A DNA stretch of 62,901 nucleotides, counting the filler, from Octopus bimaculoides (Eukaryota), in NCBI RefSeq assembly GCF_001194135.2. It is 3 parts of 3 records of this genome, joined end to end, with 100 filler letters (N's around TTAATTAATTAA, not from the genome) between each part and the next. Parts side by side here need not be neighbours in the genome. Positions count along the whole stretch, not along the records: positions 1 to 23,013 come from NC_068986.1; 2 more parts are not named here. One strand, given 5' to 3'. Below, one piece after another: positions 1 to 14,660 of this stretch (the stretch's first letter is position 1; each line of letters begins with the position of its first letter). A program made the position numbers and the translations under genes. Under the pieces are notes generated by a model, which saw only the letters and a program-made list of their open reading frames with translations, had not been told where the DNA came from and ran no database searches.

Positions 1-1353
1 ATACCAAATATACTGGCCATGTTTTCTTTGACCCAAGGCTAGAGTAAAACAAAGACCTTGTCACAAGGGGCCGCGCAGCGTGTCTGAATCTGGAACTATG
101 TGAACTACGTGCCTTCTAGCAGAAACTGAGTGAAAAGGAAGGAGATAATCACAAACATTGCGCCCACAACCACAATTCCTGCAGCCCTTCTCCACCAAAT
201 GCTCTTTACAATAATTATTGGACCACCTTGTCCCATACATTAGGCTACATTTCAAAGTTTCTTCGAACTTCTGGTGCGGTTCATTCACGAAACATTCAAT
301 TCAATTGTAAATAATACCATTTTGATCTGATGGTTTCCCTCTTGCGACCGAAAATCGTTCAGCTTTGTAGACTCACTTGTGACTATTGCTATGTTTGCTC
401 GAGAAATAATCCATTCTACTAAAGGTACAAGGCCTTTGCTTGAGAAATAATGTAATGTTGTCTTTGTGATAATGTTTGCAAGTGCCATATACTGCTGATA
501 CATGTGGTAGGATCGCATCTAAACAGCAGCATAAATAAACTGCTACATTGTTCATGCTATATAATTTGATAAAAGACAGACATCTTTGAGTCTGCCGACA
601 TTGTCTGATCTGTTTTCCACCTATATACATTAATCTTACAATATTCATTTAAGAAACATTTATGTAGTCTCGGTGTGAATACATAAAGAAGCAGTATATA
701 TATGCTTCTTTAATGTATCGTATATGCTAAAGCTGTAACATATTTACTCATAAACCACACCGCGTTGTTACTTTTCTGAAAAGAAAGTGGCCAACCGTGT
801 AACATTATCTACATTTCATTACTCCGGTAATAGCATGTTTACATTATTTATATGAAATTATGTTATTCTTAATTTCGACAGTGGAAAGGTGATAGAAACT
901 ATAACTTATCAGGATCGAGATAAACGAATCTAGTTTGTTTGAATCACTCTTAGTTGTCGAGTATTCCTGCATTTATCCACCGGCTACTTTTACAAGGAGA
1001 GAAAATGTATGTTTATTAGAGAAATCATGTAAGATTTTCCACATACATATTCATATATTCATATGCCGTGCTTTGATGTGAGTCACACTTTTTACATATA
1101 TGCATACATTTATACATTATAACGCGCGCGCGCATGTGTGTGTGTGTTCGCAAATACACACATTCGCACACATATGCATATGTACATATAGTAGAATAGC
1201 AACCTTGTTTCTTTCTGTCAGCAGCTACTAAAGCAAGAATATGCCAGAGCGGAACAAAGTAACAAGAAATATTAAACATACATTCCCCGCCTCCATTCTA
1301 TTTTGTGCTGCATGGCATTACGAATTATCACTTGTAACTTATGAATATTTATC

Positions 1354-1355
<2 letters not shown>

Positions 1356-1408
<53 letters not shown>

Positions 1409-1496
1409 GTATATGTGGGTGTGTGTATGTGTGTATGCATATCTTTGTATCTATCTACCTACCTATCTATTAATATATCCATCTATCTACTTATCT

Positions 1497-1556
<60 letters not shown>
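1356..1556. repeat. Two (TA)n tracts; representative of dozens of (TA)n, (CA)n, (GA)n, (TACA)n, (TAGA)n microsatellites in the window
   Basis: Directly visible at 1356-1407 and ~1499-1556. Confidence 0.95.
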
Positions 1557-1559
<3 letters not shown>

Positions 1560-3697
1560 ACCATGAATATGCAGATACATACACGCATACACACACATAC
1601 AAACACGCACGCATACACGCTCGTATACATAGGAGTATGAATTTATTCGATGCCTACCAGCTGATTATGTAAACTAGTGCTTGACAATTGGTAAAGACAG
1701 CAGTTTATTGTTTTGTTTAATGGGGTCTTTTGCGGGGTTGAAGAAATGATATTTATTCCGTACCGTTTTACACACATTCATTTGTCAATCTTGCCAAAAA
1801 TAGGAGAATAAATAGTAAACTGTATAATGGCGATCCACCGTCAAAATACATGAGACTAGCAACGTTATTTTTCAAGTAACGCTGTATAAACTTTATACAA
1901 GTGAATGTGACAAATGTACTTAATATTTTCACTGTTACAAGAGACAGATTTTATACGAGTAAATATTTTGTATGATCTATGATGAATTTCAATCAAAATC
2001 CGTTGTTAGCCGGCGGATGTATCGAAGGATTGCGAATGTATACCTTACCATATTTTTCTGATTGGTATATCGAATGATGTTTTGTTGAGAACGAGATTGT
2101 ATTGTCTCTTGTCTACTTGGCTATTATCAAATAATCCAGTGTTTCTTAAACCTTTCCGATAAATGAAGTATTTCTCTATCGTATACAATGAAATTAGTTT
2201 TGATTTTTCATAATCCAAGTTACTGAGATTTTGATAAATTAATACTTCCTAATAGAAATGATGCTTTTTCTGCGAAACTAACTTTAGCAGGAAAGATTCA
2301 CCAGTAAGTTATCCTCAAGGAACGATAGCTGAAGTAACATATAATAGTCGGAAAGATAATTTGCGCTCTACAGATGAGCTTCATAATGATTGTCAGAATT
2401 ACTATTATTAGAGCGATATAGTGTCTATATTCATATATGTGGTGCATGTGTGAACGTAGCTGTTTGTTAACAGTCCTAATTACACTCCAAGTGCGAAATT
2501 CCACCCAATAAAGATTTAGACAAAATGGCGGCTCTTCACCTTGTTTTGCATGAGAGGTTTCTTCTCGTTTCAGTGTTGATCTCTCCAATTAGGTTTCAAG
2601 CGTATGGTCCAAAGTAAAAGAGACGTAAATACATTAATGTGTTATTCGTTTCCTGAAATTCCCATCTACATTCATAAGCTGTTCCTGCACGCAGAAGTAT
2701 ACACGGGTAGGTTGCAGAAATTCATAAAGGTAGGCTTACAAATGAAGGTAAGCGCATACATGTACGCAGGGTTTGCATACAACGTATTGGCGATTCATTT
2801 TATATATGTAATGAACAGAAGACACCCAAAATTATGTCGAATCATGTGTAATGATTGGTGTAAAAAAAGCTAAGTATGTATGTATGTATATAAACACATA
2901 CACACGCACACATACACACACACACGATGAAGGCTATTATTTCGTGCCTATCTCATTATTGAAAATATACATTATGCATCATATTTGTATTTAAAATTAT
3001 AAATGGATGGAACGCACAATTATTTTCATTACAAAATTACATGTACATATACTTACATACAAGGTATATATGGCATATATACTGCACACATACACATACA
3101 TTCATATGCATATATATGAGTGTTTGCTTGTGCAGCGATTATACATATGTGTGTGTATACGCGGCGCTAATCGTCCCCATCTCACCATCATCCTTGCCCT
3201 CATCTTTGCACCGCACAGAGCAAGTAAAACAATGTGTATAGTGATTATAATGAAGCTAAGTGAAATGTTTATGCTGTATGTAATATAATTACAGCTCGTT
3301 ATCCCTGCCTGCTGCTTTAACCACTATCAAATATATATTTCACTTTATCTTTGTAATTTATGTTTTCTCTGTTCAAACATAATTTATGGGAAATTTCCAC
3401 TCAAACGTCTCTAAACAATTTGATAACATATTGCCGCACGCTTGATAAACATTATATTTTACTGGGACATAGAATAGAATTGAATTTGGATCGATGCTCT
3501 AAAAATAATAGACTGAGACACACAGACTCATATCTATGTCGGTTAATGAAGGAGCCACTAAGTTGTCGTTGGGTGTGATAGAATTCATGGCAAACATCCA
3601 TAGCGTTTTATATTATATTCTGAAGGAGAAATAAAACTATATCATATTCGGTGAATCTACTGGATTGTGAGATAAGTTCGTTCGTTCATTCTTTTTG

Positions 3698-3729
<32 letters not shown>

Positions 3730-3736
3730 TCAAAAG

Positions 3737-4180
3737 AGGCGGCGAGCTGACAGGATCGTTAATACGGCGGGCAGAAAGCTTTTTGATATTTCGTCCGTCT
3801 TCACTTTCTGAGTTCAAATTCCATCAAGGCCTATTCTGCCTTTCATCTTATCGGAATCGATTAAATAAATACCGGTCACGCACTAGGGTCGATGTAATCG
3901 ACGTAATCCCCTTTCCCTAAATGTGAGACCTTGAGTTTCCAGTAGAAAAGATTATTTCAAAGAAGCTGTGAGCTGGTATAATCGTTAGCACGCCGAGCAA
4001 AATTCTTCGCGGCATGTTGCTTGTCCTTACGTTCTGAGTTCAAATTCTGCCACGGTCGATTTTACGTTTCGTCCTTTCGGTGTAGATCAAATAAGTACCA
4101 GCTATGCATAGAGATCGATATGATCGACTAAACATCCTCCCCAAAAATGTCAGGCCTTGTTCCTATAGACGAGTGTAATT
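3737..4180 (+). mobile_element. Two tandem copies of tRNA-derived SINE family B
   Basis: aggcggcgagctg...ttctgagttcaaattc...tttcatc...aagtaccag...ggtcgat occurs twice (3737-3930, 3965-4180). Confidence 0.8.
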
Positions 4181-6189
4181 ATTTCAAGGCACTCTTTCGT
4201 TTTATGCCTGAAACAAGAGAAAACCTATTAAAAAAAAAGACAAATGCATTCCACAAAAAAATCGATAGACGAAACTTGTGCGAGAAAAACGTAAAATCAT
4301 GAAAACTAACAAAAAAAAAAATTGTTTTCCTGTTAATTCAAATGACGTTGGTACGGATTAAAAGAAACGTAATAAATGAAAGAATTTACATGGTAAATCA
4401 ATATTTACACTAAATATTATAAATCTCTGGGCTATAGCTGACTAAAGTGCCGCCTCTAGCGCAAAAATGGGCCGCAAATTTATTCCGGGAGGATGTTGAA
4501 AAACAGTTGAGCAGTTGAAGAATTAAGTGTGTTTAATGCATCGCTCGTGTATTTTGTTTACAACAGAGTCTTTGCGTGAACTCGTTTATGATTCAAAACA
4601 ATTTTAATAAGCTTTTATCCGTTTGCTGATTTCATTCATTGGACTGCGGCACTGACTTGAAGTGTTTAGCCGAATATGTGGAGACCAGTTCTTATTTTTG
4701 TATGAGTGGCAACCTATGCCTTACTTTTGCCAAGCCATTACGTTACATGAACACAAATAAACCAACACCTTCTCTTCACATGTGGTTGAAGGGCAAACAC
4801 AACGGCACACAACACATACACACACAAACACAACACACACATATTCATATTTATATACAACACCGGATGATCTAAGGCTGTAGAAGACATTTGTACAAAT
4901 TACCGCAGAATTACCGAAGCCATGTTGTTGCGAACTGTGCCTTCTTAACCACTAAGCCGTTTGTTTGGATGACTTTTAAGCTAATAAATCAGTTTTAAAC
5001 TGAAAATGCTCTATTTAATATAATTCATTGAATTCTTAGTGTGATACCTTTCATACGAAAGTGAAAAAATAAACTTTAATAGTGTTTCCATATACATTCT
5101 AACTGAGAGACAAAGAAAGAGAAAACGTTGAGTCACTGTTTTTAAAGACAAAAGAACATGTTACTTGAAAGAGACTGGCTGCTAGTTATAGCACATGAAG
5201 CGACCACATAGAGACCCTTCTTGTTGTTTTGGATCATTTTTGAGTCACCTTTTAATTTCTTCTGCTGTTCAGACTCAGGCAAAATCTGACATTGCACTTC
5301 TATGATCTAAAGTACTTCCGTCAGGCCATCTCGGCAAGATATGTCGTTACAACTTTGTCTGATAGAATTGAACATTCGCTCGAAGCGAGGTCGGAGACCA
5401 TGGGGAACAAAACACTTTGTATTAGAAAACTTACACGCAACAAAAATGTGTCAATCAATGTCACTATGTTACACAATTTCGAACATCTTTGATGCCTGAA
5501 AGCAATGCAAATAAATAGATTCAATCAGATTTGACCATTAGTAATTGTATGTTTGTCTAGGACAATGTTTTTATTCCATACATTCCTGAAAAATAATCAT
5601 TAGTTACTTTAGCTCCAAAATGTATAAACTGCAGGATGAAAATAATATAAAGTGATAGTTGATTGAGTGTTTTTATTAATATTTTCTTTCATTTCTTACA
5701 TTTATTTTCGTCTTCTGATTGCAATCCCACACCATAACGAACTTCACAAACGCTGTATATTTCGCATTTCGCAAGTGGATCTGATTACGTGTGTTTGTTT
5801 GTATGTATGTTCATGCATAGACCCAAGGTTTTCTACAAGGTTACAATTGGAGATGGCGTTCCTTTGTATAGTCGAGATTTGAAACCGAATGCATACACCT
5901 GTTGCTTGTCAGACGAATGTCTGATCTTTTGTACCTTATCTCTGTGCTGGAAGATTAACGAGAATAATCTGACCTTCGAGACCTTCGCTTATGATTGCGT
6001 CCCATAAAATTCAAATTTTCACTGGACAAATTTCTTGAAAACATACCAGACCAACCTCCTGCACTCGAATATGTCCCCCAAAATAATACCGGTTTGCTAG
6101 AGTGGGCCACGGTTCCCTATATATGACTAAAAGACTTCATCAGGTGGTGCTATTAAGTTAGACATGGCCTCGGCCTATACTGCCCGAAA

Positions 6190-6375
6190 ACTAACAAATA
6201 TGTGTGTGTGTGGGGTGGGTGGGCTCTGAATGGAAATACAATCCATCACTTACAACTGACCAAACTGTAAGAGCATGAAGTCATGTGTTTTAAATAAAGC
6301 TTTTCGCCCGGTCCAGAATTCGAAACCACAATCTTGTGATCATATACGCTACACTGTTACCACTACGCCACACAC
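6190..6375 (-). mobile_element. tRNA-headed SINE fragment
   Basis: Minus head gtgtggcgtagtggtaac...gtggtttcgaattctggaccgggcg; the segment gaatggaaatacaatccatcacttaca recurs at ~7415. Confidence 0.6.
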
Positions 6376-6991
6376 TTACACCTATGATGTGTGTGACAGT
6401 ACTAATTTTATTCCCCTTATACAAGTAGGACTTTGCCAATGGAGAACTAATTTTTTCGGTCAGCCCTTAATCAAGAATTGATATTTTCCGACTGATTCGA
6501 AATTCGTTTTGAGACTGCCGTCAGCCGGGTGATTCTTCAAACACCAAATGTGAAATCAATTTCCATTGTTTTAGCATATGTCATAACAGATCCAAAAATA
6601 ATTGTCGACATACTGAGTGAGATGTCGTATAAATAATTAGCTATTGATATCATGATTTACTTGTTATATCTATAAATATTTCAAGTATGATATGACATAA
6701 ATTTCCAATATTTGTGATAACAAGTTCTACATCACGTCATCAATGCAGACTTTGCGAAAGTTTTGTTCTTGTATTGTCAGAGATTGCCTGACCTATGACA
6801 TCGCCGAAATGTTTCGACGTTATTAAATCTTCCTATCAATATTCACTCTACATTCTAAATCAGTCACACATACACGGACGTAGATATTACGTACATCTAT
6901 AAATTCACACACATATGCATACATACTAGCATATATACCAAAATATATGCGCATACAGGCAAACTTAAAAACTGGCATATATATCTATCTA

Positions 6992-7059
<68 letters not shown>

Positions 7060-7484
7060 TATGTAAATATGTGTATAAGTGTGAGTTTAAATATTTACTT
7101 ACGCATACATATATGTCCATATATATCTATATATAAATATATAGACATATATATACATAAGCAGATAGACATATATATATACATAAGCAGATAGACATAT
7201 ATATACATAAGCGGATAGATAGACATGTTTCTACACACGCACATACAAATCTATGTGTGTGTATGTATATATATAATTACAGAAACCTAAAATCATATAC
7301 ACATACATATGTATACATACACAGACACACATACATATCTAAGCATCTACATCAAGGTGTGTGTGTGGGTGCGTGTGTGTGTGTGCGTGTGTGTGTGTGT
7401 GTATACGTGTTCTTGAATGGAAATACAATCCGTCACTTACATCTGATCGTGTGTTTGTGTACACATAAATATATATGATCACTT

Positions 7485-7527
<43 letters not shown>

Positions 7528-8442
7528 TATATATTCACATATATATGTTCACAAACACACACACACACATACATTGTATATATGTGTATATCTTGTTGGC
7601 ATCACAATCACTCCAAGGTTTACAGCTATTTCATTACCAAGTGGGTGTCAAATTATATAAAATATTCGAAAACAAAGAAGAAAGTTGTGGTTCTGTCATG
7701 TCGTTTATATAATATTGATAATATAATAAGAGCCCCGTAAATATCTAGTCATAAATTCTGTGACCAATGATTTGTCGCCCATTCTTTTGGAAGCAGCAGT
7801 AACCCGTGGAACAAATGTGATGTCAATAACTCCAGTTTTCAATTGTTTTATGCTCCGCGTCTGAAGTGAAGCTTCTGAATTTCCAGTTCCTACAAAACTA
7901 ATGTTTCTTCCAAACACATTTTCCTTCTTCCGTATTCTGATCGTTGGTGTTGGCGGAGCGCTATAAATGCATTCCACGCAGGACTGAAAACAAAATCTGG
8001 AACACACCTCTTCAAAAATGCGTAGGGATTAACAGAGTTTCGACGCGTTTAAAGTTAGATGAAGTTATTCCGATGGTACTATGCTAGTTGCGATCGAGTA
8101 GGGACAAATATCACTAAGAATATATTTAGGTTGGTATGTGCAACATATTCACACTATAACATAATCACAACGTGGGTTCTGTTCATTTCTACTATTTCTA
8201 CGATAGAGAGGAGTCAATGCAATGTAGATTTATCATGTGAATTGAACGATTTCGGTGCGTGCTGCAGTAAACGAGGAAGATTATCTTCGAAGTGAAATTT
8301 CCTTTGTTGTAAAGAACTGACTGTCTACTGTGTATCTTTGATATATTTACAATTTTTACTTTCAATATGAGTTGTGATTAATAATAAGATTAATTAACAG
8401 TGTCTTTTGATATTTTTGTAGCTTTAATAATGAAGAAAATAG

Positions 8443-8800
8443 GAGCAGGCGTGGCTGTGTTGCAAGAAGATTACTTTCCAACCACATGGTTCTGGGTTCA
8501 GTCCCACTGCATAACACCTTGGACAAGTGAGTTCTACTATAGCCTTGGGACGACCAAAGCCGTATGAGAGGATTTTGTAGATGGAAATTGAAAGAAGCCC
8601 GTCATATATACATATGTGTGTGTGTTTGTGTGTGCGTCTGCGCTTGTCCCTCGCCACCATCACTTGAGAACCGATTATGTGCTTACGTCCCAGTAACCTA
8701 GCGGTTCGGTAAAAGAGACGGATAGAAGCAGTACAAGGCTTACAAAGAATGAATCCTCTGGTCGATTTGATCGACTAAAGGCCGTGATGACTGAAAGAAA
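8443..8800 (+). mobile_element. tRNA-derived SINE family A, near full length
   Basis: Head ggcgtggctgtgt...ggttcagtccc (A/B boxes), core gcaccttgggcaagtg, internal (TA/TG)n, tail cgactaaagg...gactgaaa; more than 12 related copies in the window. Confidence 0.85.
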
Positions 8801-10294
8801 TAATATATATANNNNNNNNNNNNNNNNNNNNNNNNNNNNNNNNNNNNNNNNNNNNNNNNNNNNNNNNNNNNNNNNNNNNNNNNNNNNNTATATATATATA
8901 TATATATATGTAGGTGTTTGTGTGTGTATGTGTGTGCATATGTTTCTGTAAGAGTTAACACACATATATTTGTGCGTGAGTGTATGTGCGTGTCCCTATT
9001 CTCGTTTATGTGTATCCTGTCCTGATATAACATATGCCAAGAATATTTAACGGTTCTGAGAAATAATTTAACAGCAACATTTTACGTCGTTTAACGTTTT
9101 AGAGCAAATTACAAAATCTTCCGCTATAGTTCCTACCAAATCTCTCTTGAATTACAGAGTGTATACAAATAATGGATTAGAGTATAGGTTCTCAAACCTT
9201 TTCGGCCACCCCACATCATGGCCACATAATACACTCAGCGCCCCACCCCTATTGATAATTAATATTGTATAATTTGTATACAACACTATAATATAATGAA
9301 TTTATAGCGTCTCCCAGTTCACTGTCTTCCTCCCAATGCCTCCCTTTTCTCTACCGCCGCCCCCACACCTACCCTCTTAAACATTCGTATTTATCTTTCT
9401 TTTATAATTTACAATTTAATTTCAAATTGAATGTCGCATGTTGCATTTGCATCATTCTCCGAAGATTTATTCGAAGAAGGGAATTAATATGGGTTATTTC
9501 CCTTCTATCATTAAGGTATTTATGGCCGTTAACATCGTTATACAGGTTTGGGAGACTAAGTTGGTGTTGAGTTGAAATAGTGTATTGTATATTTCTATTA
9601 CTGTAGAAATCATTTAATTTTCTGTTATCAAAACATGATATAACCATAAACGGGTTATGAGTTAACCTAAATGCAACTCTAACACGTTTGAATTTAAAAA
9701 TTCACTATCCCTATTATCGTTATTAAAATGCTTATAAATAAACTTATATATAGATTTGATTCAATTATTATTAATTTGCATAGCATATGGAATGACAAGC
9801 CAAATAGTATTAGATTTTTCAAAATTATTTTTAGAGAGTTTATAATCTATTTATGATTAAGTAAATTTTATGGAAGCGGTTTATATTTTACTTTTTCTGT
9901 TACGAAAATTACATGGATTATCAATGTTATGAGTATTTAAGGGAATCAATGTTTTGTTATCTTCAACACATTTATCATTTGCGTAATTGTCACTAGAGGA
10001 AGATTTATGATTATTTATCAGTTCCTTATTGTTTATATTAGGGTTATACGATAAATAACTATGAGGTCAACATGTAATCTTTTAATGTAAATCTGCTTCC
10101 CTGGTGATATTTTGTTCATATCTTATAAATGTGAATTTAATGCATAAATGTGATTTATTTAATGAATACAAGTGGAAACAGCTGTAGGAAGTAAGAATTA
10201 TCAATTTATTAAAGCATAATTATTAACATAAAACTTCGTTTTTTTCTATCTCTCAAAGTCTCCGTCACTCTGTATCTCTCTCTCTCTCTCTGTC

Positions 10295-10329
<35 letters not shown>

Positions 10330-11229
10330 GGGGGGGGGAGGTGAATGGTTTAGTGGTCAGGGCATTCAGCTCATGATATATATATGCATGCATACATAAA
10401 TCCATGCATATTTGTCTTTGTATCTTTCTCTCCCTCTTCTTCCCTGTCTCTCGTTGTTCACCTATATTCTACATCCTTCCCTTTTTCCCTCTCTCTACCA
10501 CTCTTTCTCCTTACCCCTCGCTGATCACATGCGTCCGGCAACTGTTCTCTTTCTTATCTTGGCCACTGCCAACTTAGCACGAACTTTCTTCTCTCTTCCT
10601 TTCAGTTCGTCACATCACAGCGTTCAGTATGCAGATATATTTTTTTCACGTCTGGTCTTACAACACTTCTTGTTCATTTTCCCTGTTTCGTTTTCCTGTC
10701 GTGTTTTCTGTTCGCCACTCTCTTCCTCGGCATTACAAATTTAATTGGTTTCCGCGGGAAGAGCCATTCTAACAATGCATCCTGTCCTAACTTTTCGAAA
10801 CACTTAGTTTAAGAAAGGTGGCAGCTGATGAAGGAAATGTTCTTTATGTGGCCTGTCTGTTTTCTGTGCTCCGTTTTTGTTCTGTTTTTCATTTCGTCCA
10901 CTTTTTTTGTGACGTCCTGTACCCAGATATGCATCTATATATACATGTAGATGTAGGAATGTACATAAATGTACGTATATATGCATATACTCACATTTGT
11001 ATGATTATGTATATATATATATTGATACTAATAAATGTGTTTTTGTGTATGCATAGTGTACATATAAAGACTCACACACAGACATTCTTAGATCACTCTA
11101 AAGCTTTCAAATATGTTGATAGTTCACTGACATACGCCTCTTTGTTTTTAATGCCACCAAAATATTAGTTTTCATATATGTATATATAAGTACGTGCGTG
11201 TGTGTGTGTGTGAATGTTTGTTCATATAC

Positions 11230-11286
<57 letters not shown>

Positions 11287-11709
11287 GGGTACAGAATCAT
11301 ATATACACATCAGTGTCATATATACGCCAACCAATGTTCGTAATGTATAGTGGCCGTTCAATACCGAAAGGTCTGTTTTACTAAGCTGATATAAAACTCT
11401 TTATGGTCTGTAACAGCGTGACATATTATAAAGCGATCAGTGAACGCTAATATCGAAATATTAGTAAAATAAATACCTCGATACTAATGGCACAATCTCA
11501 GCGGTTACTTCCTGTAGCTTATAACTGTCTAGCAGAAATGAAATGTCTTTCATTATTCGTCAAAATGCCAGGCAATGGTATTCTGTTAGCTCATCAACTG
11601 ACTGTTTAATATATACATACGTATGTATTACGCGCGCGCGAACACACACATGCACACACATATATATCTGACTGTCAATCGCACTTTCTCTTTAGGTTGT
11701 GCATATACA

Positions 11710-11752
<43 letters not shown>

Positions 11753-12409
11753 NNNNNNNNNNCGTGTGTGTACGGGTGTGTGTGTGAGTAAAAATAAATA
11801 CAAAAAAAAGCGTTTTGTATGATCGTGTATAGAGGAATATATTATTTTATTTAAAAGAGTTCAAAATCTGTTTTTTATGTTTTATTTATGTTCTTGTAAA
11901 ATTAATGTGGGATATAGAATATGGAATATATAATATATAATATAAAAATGGATGGTACAATGAAATGAAGTATTGAATGTCTTATTGTATATATGGAATA
12001 TGTCTTATTGAATATATGAAATATTGAGTGTTCAATATAGAGGATTAAATATATAAAGGCGAATACGTATTTTCAATACCTTGTGGTATTTCATCATGGC
12101 CGATATCTGACAGACTGTGTTAGATCACAAAACGAGTTAACTATCTACTCGGTGTTTGTAAGAATGTGGAGGTTAAAAGTAAACTTAAGTCATCCATACA
12201 TTAATTATATTAAATTGTTATCGGTTACTCAAAATTCCATCGTAGAATTATTGTTGTAATCATATTTAACCCACATTATATCGGTGTAACCATGGTGCAT
12301 CCCCGGAAAACTGAGTCACTAGTTAATATCCTTAGGAGGTAACCAGCTTAATGAAATGGGAGCTTTATCTGCATTCCCTTAACGTTATCACAATTGAATT
12401 TAAAAAGAA

Positions 12410-12465
<56 letters not shown>

Positions 12466-12507
12466 ACACACACACACACANNNNNNNNNNATTGAATTTA
12501 AAAAGAA

Positions 12508-12550
<43 letters not shown>

Positions 12551-12814
12551 ACCAGAGTTATTAGTCAGCACCAGTCTTGCTAGAAATAACAGTTAAAAAA
12601 CTCATAGCTACAAGTAGCACCTTATCTTAATTACAAACAAGGGACACAAGCTCTAGTGCCTTGGGTTAAACTCACCTTGTTTTGTCAGTTTATAAGATTA
12701 TCGTAGGAATCATACACTGATTTCCTAAACGGTAAAAGTGAAAATTGTAATTCATAGGTGTGGCTTCTTTGCAGTTTGACAGCCGAAAGGCAGGAATATA
12801 TACGTCATTGTAGT

Positions 12815-12955
12815 AACTGAGGTCATTAGTTAGCACCAGTAATGCTAGAAATAAGAGATAACATAACTCATAGCCACAAGAAGTGCCTTATCTTAATGAG
12901 TGGCAAGGGAGCACATATTTCTAACGCTACTGGTGCTGAATAGTGCCTCAGTCAC
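12815..12955. mobile_element. Small foldback MITE with degenerate ~35-bp TIRs
   Basis: actgaggtcattagttagcaccagtaatgctagaaata vs reverse complement of tatttctaacgctactggtgctgaatagtgcctcagt; diverged direct copy of the left arm at ~12560-12640. Confidence 0.6.
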
Positions 12956-13019
12956 TTTAGTTACGTATGCATTTCTACCTTCCGGTTGTAAAATTAAAAT
13001 CAAGCCACCCTTATCCTCA

Positions 13020-14110
13020 TTAAATCTTTTTATGAAAGGTTTTGTTCGAACTTCTGGGGTCTTGCATGCATAGCGAGCTTGCTACCAGCACCCTACGGTA
13101 CCATGCCATCTGCTATTTTCAGCTATCTTATTCTATCCTGATTATTCTTTTCATGCCAAGAGGCAAATCTTTTGTTACAGTTCTACTAGGCATTCTATTA
13201 CAATTTCGTTTTTACTTCGTCTTCACTCCTCATACTATTCACCTTCTACATTTTCCACACCGGGCTATTTCGTACTTAAGAGGCTTGTATTTATCCATCT
13301 TTTCGCCTTCTTACTTGACTGTTTGTATTTCAAAGGGGCATGCAACATCAACTACATTGCACATGCGGTGCATCTTGTCGGCCACCACTAGGTCCGGTCT
13401 GTTATGCTCTAGCACCTGATCTCTTTGAATTGAGAAATCGCAGAGGATTTTGCTAGTCTCCGACACCACCACGTCTTGCCTGTCTCTAGCCCCCATTTTC
13501 CGTACAGTTTCCAACGTAGTACTTTCGGTACCTGGTCGTGTCATCACAGCTTTCAATGGTTTTGGGCAAGTTTACTGCATCCATTTGTGATATGGGCAAT
13601 GGTTTCATCCATTCTATAACAGATGTGGCACAACGGGGACACTTGCTCATTCCAAAGTTTGACACTCCATTTCGTGACCAAAGCTTGCTCTCGTTCTCCC
13701 AGCATATTGTTCTCGGTCTCATTTTTCTTGTGTTTCCCTTTCTTCAGCCAATCTCACCTATTTTTTTTTCCAGCAGTTCGTGTTGTGTTTGTATGGAATT
13801 GATTGCGTTGTCTTTTCTGGCGTAATTCTTCTTCGTGTCCTTCTTGTACTTCTTCCTTTGTTTTATCTTTTTTCTCTGCTTTCACTACTTCCTCGTTCCT
13901 AACTGACAATAGCATGCTTACCCTTACTTTGTGCTAGGTATCTCATAAAGCTCTCGATTTCCATAAGTACACAATCTTCCACAATTAGCAGTAATTAGTG
14001 ACGGTTATGAGCATTAAAGTTTCTCGTATATTCAATTTTCTTTGTTTCCCCTTTGATCATACTGAATGAACACTAAGAAATTCCCGAGGTAGACCCATCT
14101 TCACTCTTTT
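13020..14110 (-). mobile_element. Decayed R4/Dong-like non-LTR retrotransposon, 3' part (post-RT region, CCHC knuckle, restriction-like endonuclease)
   Basis: Minus frames give ETE...EQAL.T, CHIC...ETIAHITNGCSKLAQ..*..*HDQV..LRWKL, KILCDFSIQRDQVLEHNRPDLVVADK...VDVACPF and KEGEKMDKYKPLKYEIAR; multiple stops and frameshifts. Confidence 0.85.
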
Positions 14111-14660
14111 GTGCCACAAGGGCTCAACTCCCCTCCCCTCTTCATCTAACCCTCCTCACCTTTCCTCTTTTACCCTCACAACTACTTCTTCCCACTAACC
14201 TCTTCTCTCTTGCTCCGACTCCTACTTCTCTTGACTCCTACTCTGTCTCTCTTCTCTCCTACCCACCTTCTCCCTTCCACATAGCCCTTCATTCTCACCC
14301 CTCCATCGTAACATCAGCCCCTACACAATCCAACTTCAACTTCCCTATCCATCCCATCCCACCCTATCGCTTACACCCATTCCCACATACCCCACCCTCA
14401 CCCTCACCCACACCCAACCTTGTTTTCCCCACTCTCGCCTCCCCCACGTCCCAACACCTCCACACCACACCACACACCACATCCCACCACCACGCACACA
14501 CTAGCACTGACCACTTCCCAGCCTCATACCATCATCCACACATTTACACATGCACACACGCACATACATCCGTTTCTTGTCTACACTACCTATCTTCGTC
14601 TTTTGTGAATTCTACATATATATATATATATTCACAGAGAGTGTGAGAGAGAGACTGATA

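Noticed and set aside
61-660. Cys-containing minus-strand ORFs (CRNCGCGRNVC) suggesting a zinc-binding or transposase gene
   Set aside because: No frame gives a recognisable family motif and no splice structure was found; at most a decayed element. TBLASTX against Repbase would decide.
5292-5492. ORF ending HNFEHL, reminiscent of a Tc1/mariner C-terminus
   Set aside because: Only a 4-residue similarity; no DDE motifs or TIRs found.
7705-8295. Two moderately complex ORFs (100 aa on -, 78 aa on +)
   Set aside because: No motif or splice support in any frame; the other frames are full of stops.
12390-12550. Direct duplications flanking 10-N gaps (also 33576-33652 and ~53940-54160)
   Set aside because: Typical overlapping contig ends left unmerged; assembly artefacts rather than biological tandem duplications.
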